Positions 11,302 through 20,794 of a stretch of DNA of 64,000 nucleotides are shown here, one piece after another. Where the stretch lies: contig CASEEU010000012.1 in NCBI GenBank assembly GCA_949287075.1, positions 919-64,918 of the forward strand, read 5' to 3'. The stretch's first letter is position 1. Every line of letters starts with the position of its first letter. The position numbers and the translations under genes were made by a program. The stretch is from an uncultured Eubacteriales bacterium (GTDB lineage Bacteria; Bacillota; Clostridia; TANB77; CAG-508). Below the pieces are notes generated by a model. That model worked only from the letters and a program-made list of their open reading frames with translations. It ran no database searches and had not been told where the DNA came from.

Positions 11302-11437
11302 ATCCTAAAATCCTCCTTCGTATATCTTTTAATATATTATACCATTAAAAATAAGATAAAAAAAGATTTTACTAACAAATTTCTTGCAAAAATCCCCAAA
11401 ATATAATAAAATATGCAGATGATGGAGGTATTGATTA

Positions 11438-12850
11438 GTGGATACAATAAACGAAGTAAAAAAGCAAGAAGAATATATAAAAAAAGTGAAAGAATTAAAT
11501 CAAGGAAAGATATTAAAATATCATATTTTAACAATGGGTTGTCAATTAAATGAAAATGATTCAGAAAAACTTTGTGGAATGTTAGAAGAAATGGGATATA
11601 TAAGAACAGATAGATTTCAAGATGCTGATTTAAACTTATTTAATACTTGTTGTGTAAGAGAAAATGCAGAAGATAAGCTATTTGGAAAATTGGGAGAATT
11701 AAAACGTGTAAAGGAAGAAAAAGGAACCATTATTGCAATTGGTGGTTGTATGATGCAAGAAAAACATATAACAGATAAGATTAAAGAAAGCTATCCATTT
11801 GTTGATATCTTATTTGGAACACATACATTATATCGTTTTCCAGAAGATTTATATAAGGCATTAATCGAAAAGAAAAAACAAGAAGATATCCTAGATATTG
11901 ATGGAGAGATCTATGAAGGGTTGCCAATTAAAAGAGATAGCAATATAAAAGCATCTGTTACGATTATGAATGGTTGCAATAATTTTTGTACCTATTGTAT
12001 CGTGCCTTATGTAAGAGGAAGAGAAAGAAGTAGAGAACCAAAAGAGATTATTAAAGAAGTAAAAGAATTAGCAAAACAAGGATACAAGGAAATTACGTTA
12101 TTAGGTCAAAATGTCAATTCCTATTTGAGAGTAGAAAAAGAAAAAGGAAAATCATTTGAAGAATATGAAGGAGTTCATTCTTTTGCAACATTATTAAGAG
12201 CAATTAACAAAATAGAGGGAATAGAAAGAATTCGATTTGTTTCACCACATCCAAAAGATTTTACAGATGATGTGATTGAAGCAATTGCCGACTGTGATAA
12301 AGTATGTAAATTGATACATTTGCCATTACAATCTGGAAATACAAAAGTATTAAAAGAAATGAATCGAAGATATACAAAAGAACAATATTTACATTTGGTA
12401 GAGAAAATGAAAGCAAAAATACCAAATTTAACTTTATCAACAGATATTATTGTTGGATTTCCAGGAGAAACAGAGGAAGAATTTGAAGATACATTAGATG
12501 TTGTCAAAAAAGTGAGATTTGAACAAGTATATATGTTTATTTATTCAAGAAGAGTGGGAACACCAGGAGATAAAATGGAAAATCAAATTCCAGAAGAAAT
12601 TAAACATAAACGTTTTGATAGACTAAAAGCATTGGTGGAAAGCCAAATAGAAGAAAATAACCAAAAATATGTAGGAACCATTCAAAAAGTATTGGTTGAG
12701 GGAACCAGTAAAAATAATGAAAATATGTTAACAGGAAGAACAGATAGCAATAAAGTGGTTATTTTTGAAGGAGATAAAAGCTTGATTAACCAAATGATAG
12801 ATTTAAAAATTGTGTCAGAACATATGTGGTATTTAAAAGGAAATATATAA
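11438..12850 (+). CDS. miaB: tRNA-2-methylthio-N6-dimethylallyladenosine synthase
   Basis: TMGCQLNENDSE, NTCCVRENAE, GCNNFCTYCIVPYVRG, C-terminal TRAM domain. Confidence 0.95.
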   Translation: MDTINEVKKQEEYIKKVKELNQGKILKYHILTMGCQLNENDSEKLCGMLEEMGYIRTDRFQDADLNLFNTCCVRENAEDKLFGKLGELKRVKEEKGTIIAIGGCMMQEKHITDKIKESYPFVDILFGTHTLYRFPEDLYKALIEKKKQEDILDIDGEIYEGLPIKRDSNIKASVTIMNGCNNFCTYCIVPYVRGRERSREPKEIIKEVKELAKQGYKEITLLGQNVNSYLRVEKEKGKSFEEYEGVHSFATLLRAINKIEGIERIRFVSPHPKDFTDDVIEAIADCDKVCKLIHLPLQSGNTKVLKEMNRRYTKEQYLHLVEKMKAKIPNLTLSTDIIVGFPGETEEEFEDTLDVVKKVRFEQVYMFIYSRRVGTPGDKMENQIPEEIKHKRFDRLKALVESQIEENNQKYVGTIQKVLVEGTSKNNENMLTGRTDSNKVVIFEGDKSLINQMIDLKIVSEHMWYLKGNI

Positions 12851-12886
12851 CATAAAAACAAAAGGAAAGGGAAGGAAGAAATATAA

Positions 12887-15514
12887 ATGTCAGAAAATAA
12901 AAACAAAGAATTTTCACCTATGATGCAGAGATACCTTGAAACCAAAGAACAATACAAAGATTGTATTTTGTTTTATAGATTAGGTGACTTTTATGAAATG
13001 TTTTTTGATGATGCTATTACTGCAGCAAGAGAATTAGAAATCACATTAACTGGAAAAGATTGTGGACAAGAAGAAAGAGCACCTATGGCAGGTGTACCAC
13101 ATCATGCTGCTGAAATGTATATCTCAAGACTAATTGCCAAAGGATATAAAGTTGCTATATGTGAACAACTAGAAGACCCTAAAAATGCAAAAGGAATTGT
13201 CAAAAGAGGCGTTATTAGAGTCGTTACACCGGGTACCATTGTAGAGAGTAATATGCTAGAAGAAAGAAAAAATAATTATATCATGTCTATTTTTAAATCT
13301 GGAATCTATTTTGGTATTAGTGTATGTGACATATCAACAGGAGAAGTTTATGCAGCAGAAATTAAAGACAATAATAATTTTCCACAATTATTAGATGAAA
13401 TTGCAAGATATACACCATCAGAATTGGTGATTAATTCTAATTTAGCAGATTGCACAGAAGAAATGAGTAAAATTAGAGAACGTTTTAATACATATATCAC
13501 AAGATTTCAGGATAAATTTTTTGATAGTAAACCAGACATTATCAAATTACGATTTAACTTAGTAGACACCAATCAAAAACCGATTGAAAATATAGAAGAA
13601 AGAAGTTTTGCAGTAGCAAGTATTAATGCTTTAATTGAATATATAGAGCAAACACAAATGACTAGTTTAGATCATATTAATAAAATTACGATTTATCAAA
13701 TATCTAAATATATGTCATTAGATATGAATGCTAGAAGAAATCTAGAAATTACAGAAAAGATGAGAGATAAATCTAAAAAAGGAACTTTGTTATGGGTATT
13801 AGATAAAACATCAACCTCTATGGGAGGAAGACATTTAAGAAGATGGCTAAATGATCCATTAATCGATACATTAGAAATTAATAGAAGATTAGAAGCTGTC
13901 AAAGAATTAAAAGAAAATATCATGTTAAGAGGAGACGTCATTGATAATCTAAAAAAGGTCTATGATATTGAAAGACTAGCAGGAAAAATGGCTTATGGAA
14001 ATGCCAATGCAAGAGATATGATTACATTAAAAAATTCTTTAGCAAGATTACCAGAAGTAAAAACTGTTTTGCAAACCACAGAATCTCCAATGTTAAAAAA
14101 CATATATGAAAATTTAGATGAATTACAAGACATTTATGAATTGATTGAAAAATCGATTGTAGATGATCCACCAATGACTGTAAAAGATGGTGGAATCATT
14201 AAAATGGGTTATGATGAAGAAGTCGATAAATTAAAAACAGCAACAACAGAAGGAAAGAATTGGATTATTCAATTAGAAGCTGAAGAAAAAGAAAAAACAG
14301 GAATTAAAAACTTAAAAGTAGGATTTAATAAAGTATTCGGATATTTTATAGAAGTTACCAAATCAAACTTAGAGCAAGTTCCTGAAAGATATATTAGAAA
14401 ACAAACATTAACAAATGCAGAAAGATATATTACAGAAGAACTAAAAAACTTGGAAAACCAAATTTTAGGTGCGGAAGAAAAAGTGGTCAACCTAGAATAT
14501 GACTTATTTACAAAAATAAGAGAAGAAATAGCCCAAAATGTTATTAGATTGCAAAAAACAGCAACAATGGTATCTACATTAGACGTATTAGCATCATTTG
14601 CACAAGTAGCAGAAGATATGAATTATTGTATGCCACAAGTAGATAATTCAGGAATTATTGATATTAAGGGAGGAAGACATCCGGTTATAGAAAAAATGTT
14701 AGGTGCAGGTGAGTTTGTTGAAAATGATACCTATTTAGATAAAGATGAAAACAGATTATCTATTATTACAGGACCAAATATGGCAGGTAAATCAACATAT
14801 ATGAGACAAGTTGCATTAATTACCTTAATGGCACAAGTCGGAAGTTTTGTACCAGCAGAAGAGGCTAAAATTGGTGTTGTCGATAAAATCTTTACAAGAG
14901 TAGGGGCATCTGATGATTTAAGTATGGGACAAAGTACTTTTATGGTAGAAATGATGGAAGTAGCAACGATTTTAAAAGAAGCAACTCCAAATAGTTTAGT
15001 TATCTTAGATGAAATCGGAAGAGGAACATCTACCTATGATGGTTTATCAATTGCTTGGGCAGTGGCAGAATACATTGCAAATAAAGAAAAATGTGGTGCA
15101 AAAACATTATTTGCAACACACTATCATGAATTAACCGAGCTAGAAGAGAAAATAGAAGGTGTTAAAAATTATTCTATTGCTGTTAAAGAAAAAGGAGAAG
15201 ATATTATCTTTTTAAGAAAGATTGTCAGAGGCGGAACAGATGAAAGTTATGGTATTCATGTAGCAAGATTAGCAGGTGTTCCAAAACTAGTGACAGAAGA
15301 GGCAAATAAGATTTTAAAATCTTTAGAAAGAAAAAATATCTTAACTGGTAAAAAAGAAGAAAAGAAAGATAAAAAACAAGTAGAAGGCCAATTTGATATG
15401 TACAATTTCAAATTAGCAGAAATTGCTCATGAAATTGATAAAATCAATTTGAATGAGTTAACACCAATTGATGCATTAAATACATTGGTAAGAATAAAAG
15501 AAAAGATGAAGTAA
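12887..15514 (+). CDS. mutS: DNA mismatch repair protein MutS
   Basis: SPMMQRY, GDFYEMF, TGPNMAGKSTYMRQ, DEIGRGTST, FATHYHEL, SYGIHVA. Confidence 0.98.
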   Translation: MSENKNKEFSPMMQRYLETKEQYKDCILFYRLGDFYEMFFDDAITAARELEITLTGKDCGQEERAPMAGVPHHAAEMYISRLIAKGYKVAICEQLEDPKNAKGIVKRGVIRVVTPGTIVESNMLEERKNNYIMSIFKSGIYFGISVCDISTGEVYAAEIKDNNNFPQLLDEIARYTPSELVINSNLADCTEEMSKIRERFNTYITRFQDKFFDSKPDIIKLRFNLVDTNQKPIENIEERSFAVASINALIEYIEQTQMTSLDHINKITIYQISKYMSLDMNARRNLEITEKMRDKSKKGTLLWVLDKTSTSMGGRHLRRWLNDPLIDTLEINRRLEAVKELKENIMLRGDVIDNLKKVYDIERLAGKMAYGNANARDMITLKNSLARLPEVKTVLQTTESPMLKNIYENLDELQDIYELIEKSIVDDPPMTVKDGGIIKMGYDEEVDKLKTATTEGKNWIIQLEAEEKEKTGIKNLKVGFNKVFGYFIEVTKSNLEQVPERYIRKQTLTNAERYITEELKNLENQILGAEEKVVNLEYDLFTKIREEIAQNVIRLQKTATMVSTLDVLASFAQVAEDMNYCMPQVDNSGIIDIKGGRHPVIEKMLGAGEFVENDTYLDKDENRLSIITGPNMAGKSTYMRQVALITLMAQVGSFVPAEEAKIGVVDKIFTRVGASDDLSMGQSTFMVEMMEVATILKEATPNSLVILDEIGRGTSTYDGLSIAWAVAEYIANKEKCGAKTLFATHYHELTELEEKIEGVKNYSIAVKEKGEDIIFLRKIVRGGTDESYGIHVARLAGVPKLVTEEANKILKSLERKNILTGKKEEKKDKKQVEGQFDMYNFKLAEIAHEIDKINLNELTPIDALNTLVRIKEKMK

Positions 15515-15520
15515 TATGAT

Positions 15521-15551
15521 ATAAACCTATCCAAGATTGGATAGGTTTTAT
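15521..15551 (+). terminator. Rho-independent terminator after mutS
   Basis: AAACCTATCCAA-GA-TTGGATAGGTTT plus T-rich tail. Confidence 0.75.
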
Positions 15552-15647
15552 TTATACAACCATAAATTGACATAATATCGCATAAAATGATATAATAATA
15601 GATAAGTAACTATAATAACTCAACCACAATTAAGGGGAGGTACACGA

Positions 15648-16430
15648 ATGAGAAAATCAGAAGAATTATCAAAAAATATAGAAGATATGCGGAACCAATT
15701 AATGGATTTAGTAGATGAAGATTTCAGAATCCATGAAATTGTAAGGCAATTAGATTATTTTCATCTGGACACAAGACTTGATGCAGAAGGGATGATAGAA
15801 TTTCGTTGTGAACATGGAGTCATTCCTATTGGAAGAAGAGTCAAAGAAAATGAAATGATATATGCGTTGGCGATAATGAGCTTCTACGGTATTTTGTATT
15901 ATAAATGCAAAAAAATAATCCGAAGAATCCGGAAAAAGGAATATACTCGAAGGATAGATTCTTTGCTTTTAAATATGGGAAAAGTAATAAGAAGACAAGC
16001 TCTAGATGATATAAAACCGAATGAAAAATTTGAAACAGAAAGGTTTTATAAAGAGTTTGAGAACTTTATCCATGTTGCCATAAAAGCATTAGGACACAAA
16101 TATGACCAAATAGGATATAGACACCTTACAGATGTCTATGATGCTGAAGAAGCTAAAGAATTGAAGCATATAAGAGCAATATATGAAAAAGTATATTTTA
16201 AAGATAATACAATTACGTACTTTGATTATATTACTAAAACCTCTAAAAACTTTTGCATTGATAATACTGTAGAAATGCAATATATGGTTCTGAACTTATA
16301 TGCAAAGGCATATACAGAATCTGTATTATGGCTAAAAAAGGAAGATCCCACTGGTCAATGGTGTCCTGTAACACCTTGGCAGCTTATAAGAAAGCTAGAT
16401 GTGATGATTCCGGATTATTTTCTATATTAA
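15648..16430 (+). CDS. Hypothetical protein (GC-richer stand-alone gene)
   Basis: GGGGAGG RBS; TTGACA(15567)...TATAAT(15591); hairpin after the stop. Confidence 0.65.
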   Translation: MRKSEELSKNIEDMRNQLMDLVDEDFRIHEIVRQLDYFHLDTRLDAEGMIEFRCEHGVIPIGRRVKENEMIYALAIMSFYGILYYKCKKIIRRIRKKEYTRRIDSLLLNMGKVIRRQALDDIKPNEKFETERFYKEFENFIHVAIKALGHKYDQIGYRHLTDVYDAEEAKELKHIRAIYEKVYFKDNTITYFDYITKTSKNFCIDNTVEMQYMVLNLYAKAYTESVLWLKKEDPTGQWCPVTPWQLIRKLDVMIPDYFLY

Positions 16431-16568
16431 GTAGAGAAGAAGTCAGCAATGGCTTCTTTTCCTTTATAATAATGATATATCTATTATTCTTTCTTTTTTG
16501 AAAAAGTAGAGTGTATTTAATGGTTAGGTAACAAAGCAAAGGTCGTAATTAGCGACCTATGAAACATT

Positions 16569-18420
16569 TTATAACTCAATTTTAGGTTCATACTTCTCAA
16601 GCCACATATTAACCTGGCACAAATATGCCATAAGTTGAGGCCCGAGTCATCAACTGACCAAACCAAGGTCTAGTAAAACTAGAACCATTTGTATCTAAGA
16701 TTTCTAGAATATATTTTCTATTTAATAGATCATTAATCGGTGCATTTGGATTTTGCATAATATTTATTAGCATATCTTTTACTTTAGCTAAATACGTAGG
16801 ATTATGTGTCTTAGGATATGGTGATTTTTTTCTATCGACAATTTCAGCAGGTAAAAAGTCTTTACAAATATAACGAAGTAATCCTTTTTCTCTGCCATTT
16901 AAAGCCTTCATTTCCCAAGGAATATTCCATACATATTGTGCTAATCTGTAATCACAGAAAGGAACACGAAGTTCAAATCCATTATACATAGCCATTCGAT
17001 CAGAACGATCTAGCAATGTTTGCATAAACCAATTTAAAGTTAAATAAGAAATTTTTCGTTTTTCAGCAGTTTCCTTAGAATCTGTATCTAATATTTCAAC
17101 CTCTTCTAAGTTTTCGTTATAACGATAATCAATATATTCTTTTAAATGTACTTTTTTACTTAAATCAGGATGCAACAATGTTTGCCTTTCACTAATAGCA
17201 ATTGACCAAGGGAACGTACCACTGTTTAAAGCATCTTCTCTAAAAAACCATGGATAGCCTCCAAAAATTTCATCAGCACATTCACCAGTTAATGCGACAG
17301 TTTGCTCTGGTTTTACATTTTTGCAGAACAATAATAAGGAAGAGTCAATGTCAGCCATACCAGGCATATCTCTTGCAATCATACTATCATATAAATAAGA
17401 AGCAAGTTCTGGGGTGTCAATCACAATCCTATGATGTTTGGTATGCAAATTTTTACACATTAAGTTTATATAATAATTATCCGAATTTGGCTGAAAATCG
17501 CTTTTAACAAAATTTTTATCATTATCTACATAATCAATCGAATAAGTATCTAAAAGTGGTAATTTTTCTTTTTCGTAATAATCAGCAGCAAATTTTGTAA
17601 TGATACTAGAGTCTAAACCGCCAGAAAGAAATGTACATAAAGGAACATCTGAAACCAATTGACGTTCGATGGCATCTTTTAGTAAGTCACGAACGTTATT
17701 ACAAGTTTGTTTTAAATTATCCATATGTTCTTCTGAATGTAATTTCCAATATCGTTTGATTTTTAGACCATACTCATTAAATACTGCAAAATGGGCAGGT
17801 TTTAATTCATAGATGTTTTTAAAAATTGTTGTACCAGGTGTATGACTAGGACCAATACCTAATAACTCAGATATACCTTGACTATCTAAGATTTTTTCAA
17901 TTCCAGGATATTGGAATAGAGCTTTTATTTCCGAACCAAATACTAAGGTGTTATGGAATATAGAATAAAATAATGGTTTTACACCAAAATGATCTCTTGC
18001 CATAAATAATTCCTTATCTTTGGTATTCCAAATAGCAAAAGCAAAGATACCATTTAAGTAATGCACAATCTCTTTTCCAAAATAAATATATCCTTTTAAA
18101 ATAACCTCTGTATCACAATGTCCTTTAAAGGTAAACCCATTTTGAATTAAAATCTCTCTAAGTTCTTTTGTATTATATACCTGCCCATTGTAGCAAATAA
18201 CATAATCTCCATAGGATGTATGTTCTATCATTGGTTGTTTACCACCATCAGGATCGATGACAATTAATCGCTTATGTGCTAAATAAGCATTATCTGAAAC
18301 AAAGTAACCATCTTCATCAGGTCCTCTTTTTGATAATGTATCATTCATATTTTCCAAAATTGTTTTAGAAATTTCTTTTAACTTTTTTTTTATATTCACA
18401 AATCCAGTAAAACCACACAT
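16569..18420 (-). CDS. asnB: Asparagine synthetase, glutamine-hydrolysing (AsnB/AsnO type); true C-terminus needs +1 shift at 16644, about 616 aa
   Basis: N-terminal MCG, RGPD, LSGGLDSS, GECADEIFGGY; ACT C GGG CCT gives PWFGQLMTGPQLMAYLCQVNMWLEKYEPKIEL*, matching the AsnO-type ending. Confidence 0.9.
16641..16644 (-). other. Putative +1 recoding site CGG-G
   Basis: Only in-frame CGG found in asnB; skipping C restores the conserved GQLMxGPQL motif. Confidence 0.85.
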
Positions 18421-18577
18421 GTATTTTGTACCTCCAATCTATATATCATATGCAAAAAAAGAAATAAAATTTATTGATTTTCAAAAAAAAGTATAGTAGA
18501 CTTAACAAAGAAAAATTTACTATTATAAAAGAAAAACTAGATTTCGGATACTTTGATAAGGAAGGACTGAAGATAAA

Positions 18578-19037
18578 ATGAAACGAAAAGTAAAAATAAA
18601 AAATGTAATAAAACATTTCATATTAATTACCAAACATAAATGGGTAGTTTTTAAATTATGTTGCAAGCTTAGATTATTTTGGAGAGGATTAGTACATGAT
18701 TTATCAAAATATTCTCCAACAGAATTTTGGGAAAGTGTAAAATATTATGAAGGAAATCGTTCACCAATTGTAAGTTGCAAACAAGATAAAGGATATTCTG
18801 AATCATGGTTACATCACAAAGGGAGAAATAAGCATCATAGTGAATATTGGGTAGATATGAATGCACCAGAAAAGACACACATATTGGAAAAAAGAAAGAG
18901 AAAAATTATTAATCAATGAAAAATTAAAAGATATGTTAACAGATTTTTTTACCCAGATCAGTATAGAGGGAATAAATAGGGTATTAACGAAGAAAAAAGT
19001 ACAAGAATTGTATAAAAAATATTGTGGCAATAGTTGA
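18578..19037 (+). pseudogene. DUF5662-like HD-motif protein, internally deleted and frameshifted
   Basis: HDLSKYSPTEF and WLHHKGRNKHH.EYW motifs; after APEKT the frame breaks and a plausible C-terminus (YWKKERE...LYKKYCGNS*) continues in the +1 frame to 19037; no CGG at the junction. Confidence 0.6.
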
Positions 19038-19134
19038 CAAAAAATGAAAATGCTTGTATAATCTTATAGTGACTAAAATATCGATAAAATAAACAATAGA
19101 TATATACATATATCTTAAGCAAGGAGGGATTGAG

Positions 19135-19326
19135 ATGGCACAACCAAAAAGAAGATGGTCTAAAGCAAGAACACATGCTAAAAGATCAACATGGAAAAAA
19201 GAACAACCAGCATATACTACTTGTCCACATTGTCATGAACCAGTAATGCCACATAGAGTATGCAAAAACTGCGGATATTATGATGGAAAAGAAGTAATTG
19301 CTAAAAAAGAAAATAAAGATGCATAA
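19135..19326 (+). CDS. rpmF: 50S ribosomal protein L32
   Basis: MAQPKRRWSKAR, CPHC..PHRVCKNCGYY. Confidence 0.97.
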   Translation: MAQPKRRWSKARTHAKRSTWKKEQPAYTTCPHCHEPVMPHRVCKNCGYYDGKEVIAKKENKDA

Positions 19327-19395
19327 TGAAGGGGAAAGTAGTGCTTTATAGAAGTACTATTTTTTGTTATTTAATAATGTATATGGAGGTGTGTG

Positions 19396-20011
19396 ATGCC
19401 AAAATCTACGTTTTATAATTTAAATAAAGAAAAAAGAGAAAAAATAGAAAAAGCATTGAAAAATGAATTTACAAAACATACTTTTGAAAAAGCATCTATT
19501 AGTAATATTATAGAAGAAGCCAAAATACCGAGAGGAAGTTTTTATCAATATTTTGAAGACAAAGAAGATGCTTTGAAATATATTATAGAAGATTTCGTAA
19601 ATGATGAAAAGGAAAAAATCAAAGAATTGTTAATACAGAATAAAGGAGATATATTTTTAACAACATTGGATTTATATTCTTATTTTGTGGATAAAAATTA
19701 TCATGAAAAAGAAGTAAAATTATTTCAAAATATTATTAATAAATTAAGAAATGAAAATGTAAATATTTATAAAAACATAAAGTTGAAGAAATTTACGGAT
19801 TTAAAAGATAATGAAAAAAGGAATTGTTATATAAATACAAGTTTATTGGCAATTGAAAATGAAGAGGATATACAATATATGTTAAGAATATTAACATGTA
19901 TTTTAAGAGCCGAAATTATGGATGTAATGCAGAAAAAAGTGTCAAAAGAAAAACGGAAAAGAAGAATTATCGAAACAAATAGAAATTTTAAAAAGAGGAA
20001 TGAAGAAATAA
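19396..20011 (+). CDS. TetR/AcrR-family regulator; C-terminus probably via +1 shift at 19954
   Basis: MPKSTFYNL..K, ASISNIIEEAKIPRGSFYQYF HTH; shifted end KGKEELSKQIEILKRGMKK* versus the basic 0-frame tail ending at 20016. Confidence 0.8.
19954..19957 (+). other. Putative +1 recoding site CGG-A
   Basis: In-frame AAA CGG AAA; skipping C gives a typical amphipathic terminal helix (..IEILKRGM). Confidence 0.65.
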
Positions 20012-20016
20012 AGTAA

Positions 20017-20064
20017 GAACCTAAAATATTAGACAAATGTTTAATATTTTAGGTTCATTTTTTT
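20017..20064 (+). terminator. Terminator hairpin
   Basis: GAACCTAAAATATTA...TAATATTTTAGGTTC plus T-run. Confidence 0.7.
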
Positions 20065-20078
20065 AGAAATTTTTCATC

Positions 20079-20107
20079 TTGACATACACCCCTGTGGGGT
20101 ATATAAT
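20079..20107 (+). promoter_or_regulatory. Sigma-A promoter with CsoR operator
   Basis: TTGACA-17-TATAAT with the palindrome ACCCC-TGT-GGGGT in the spacer, directly upstream of csoR. Confidence 0.85.
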
Positions 20108-20127
20108 ATCTTCGAGAGGTGAGAAAA

Positions 20128-20427
20128 ATGGAAGAGAATTGTTGTGATTCTAAAAAGAAAACATATAGGGATAAAGAAGAAAAGAAACAATTAACAAAAA
20201 GATTAAATATCATTGAAGGACAGATTAGAGGAATTAAGCAAATGATAGAAGATGACCGATATTGTGATGATGTTTTAACACAAATGTTAGCTGTGAACAA
20301 AGCTTTAGAAAGTCTAGAAAATGTTATTTTAGAAAAACATTTAGAAAGATGTATAGCTAAACAGATTAAAGAGGGAAATGTAGAAGTAACAGAAGAGATT
20401 ATGAACTTGTTTAAAAAAATGAGATAG
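20128..20427 (+). CDS. csoR: Copper-sensing repressor CsoR
   Basis: RLNIIEGQIRGI..M, YCDDVL.Q, H..C motif. Confidence 0.9.
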   Translation: MEENCCDSKKKTYRDKEEKKQLTKRLNIIEGQIRGIKQMIEDDRYCDDVLTQMLAVNKALESLENVILEKHLERCIAKQIKEGNVEVTEEIMNLFKKMR

Positions 20428-20528
20428 AGAAGTAAGCGAGCAGAATGTTAGTTTTTACAATTTTTGCTAAGACGTAATAAAATTTTGATAAAAGTACACC
20501 ATTAAAAAAGAAAGGAAAGGGATTAAAA

Positions 20529-20738
20529 ATGAAGAAAGTAGAAATTAAAATTGAAGGAATGCATTGTGAAGGATGTTCAAAACGATTAACAAAAGTATTA
20601 AGTAATGTAGAAGGAGTAAATATGGTAGATGTTAGTTTAGAAAATAAATTAGCACATATAGAGTATGATGAGGCAATTGCAAAACTAGAAGACTTTTATG
20701 AAGTAATCGAGGATGCTGGATTTGAAGTTGTAAAATAA
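20529..20738 (+). CDS. copZ: Copper chaperone (HMA domain)
   Basis: GMHCEGC; IEDAGFEV. Confidence 0.9.
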   Translation: MKKVEIKIEGMHCEGCSKRLTKVLSNVEGVNMVDVSLENKLAHIEYDEAIAKLEDFYEVIEDAGFEVVK

Positions 20739-20794
20739 GAAAGGCATGCGTTAGCAAAATTAAATATTTCGATACACAGAAGGAGGAATGTAGC

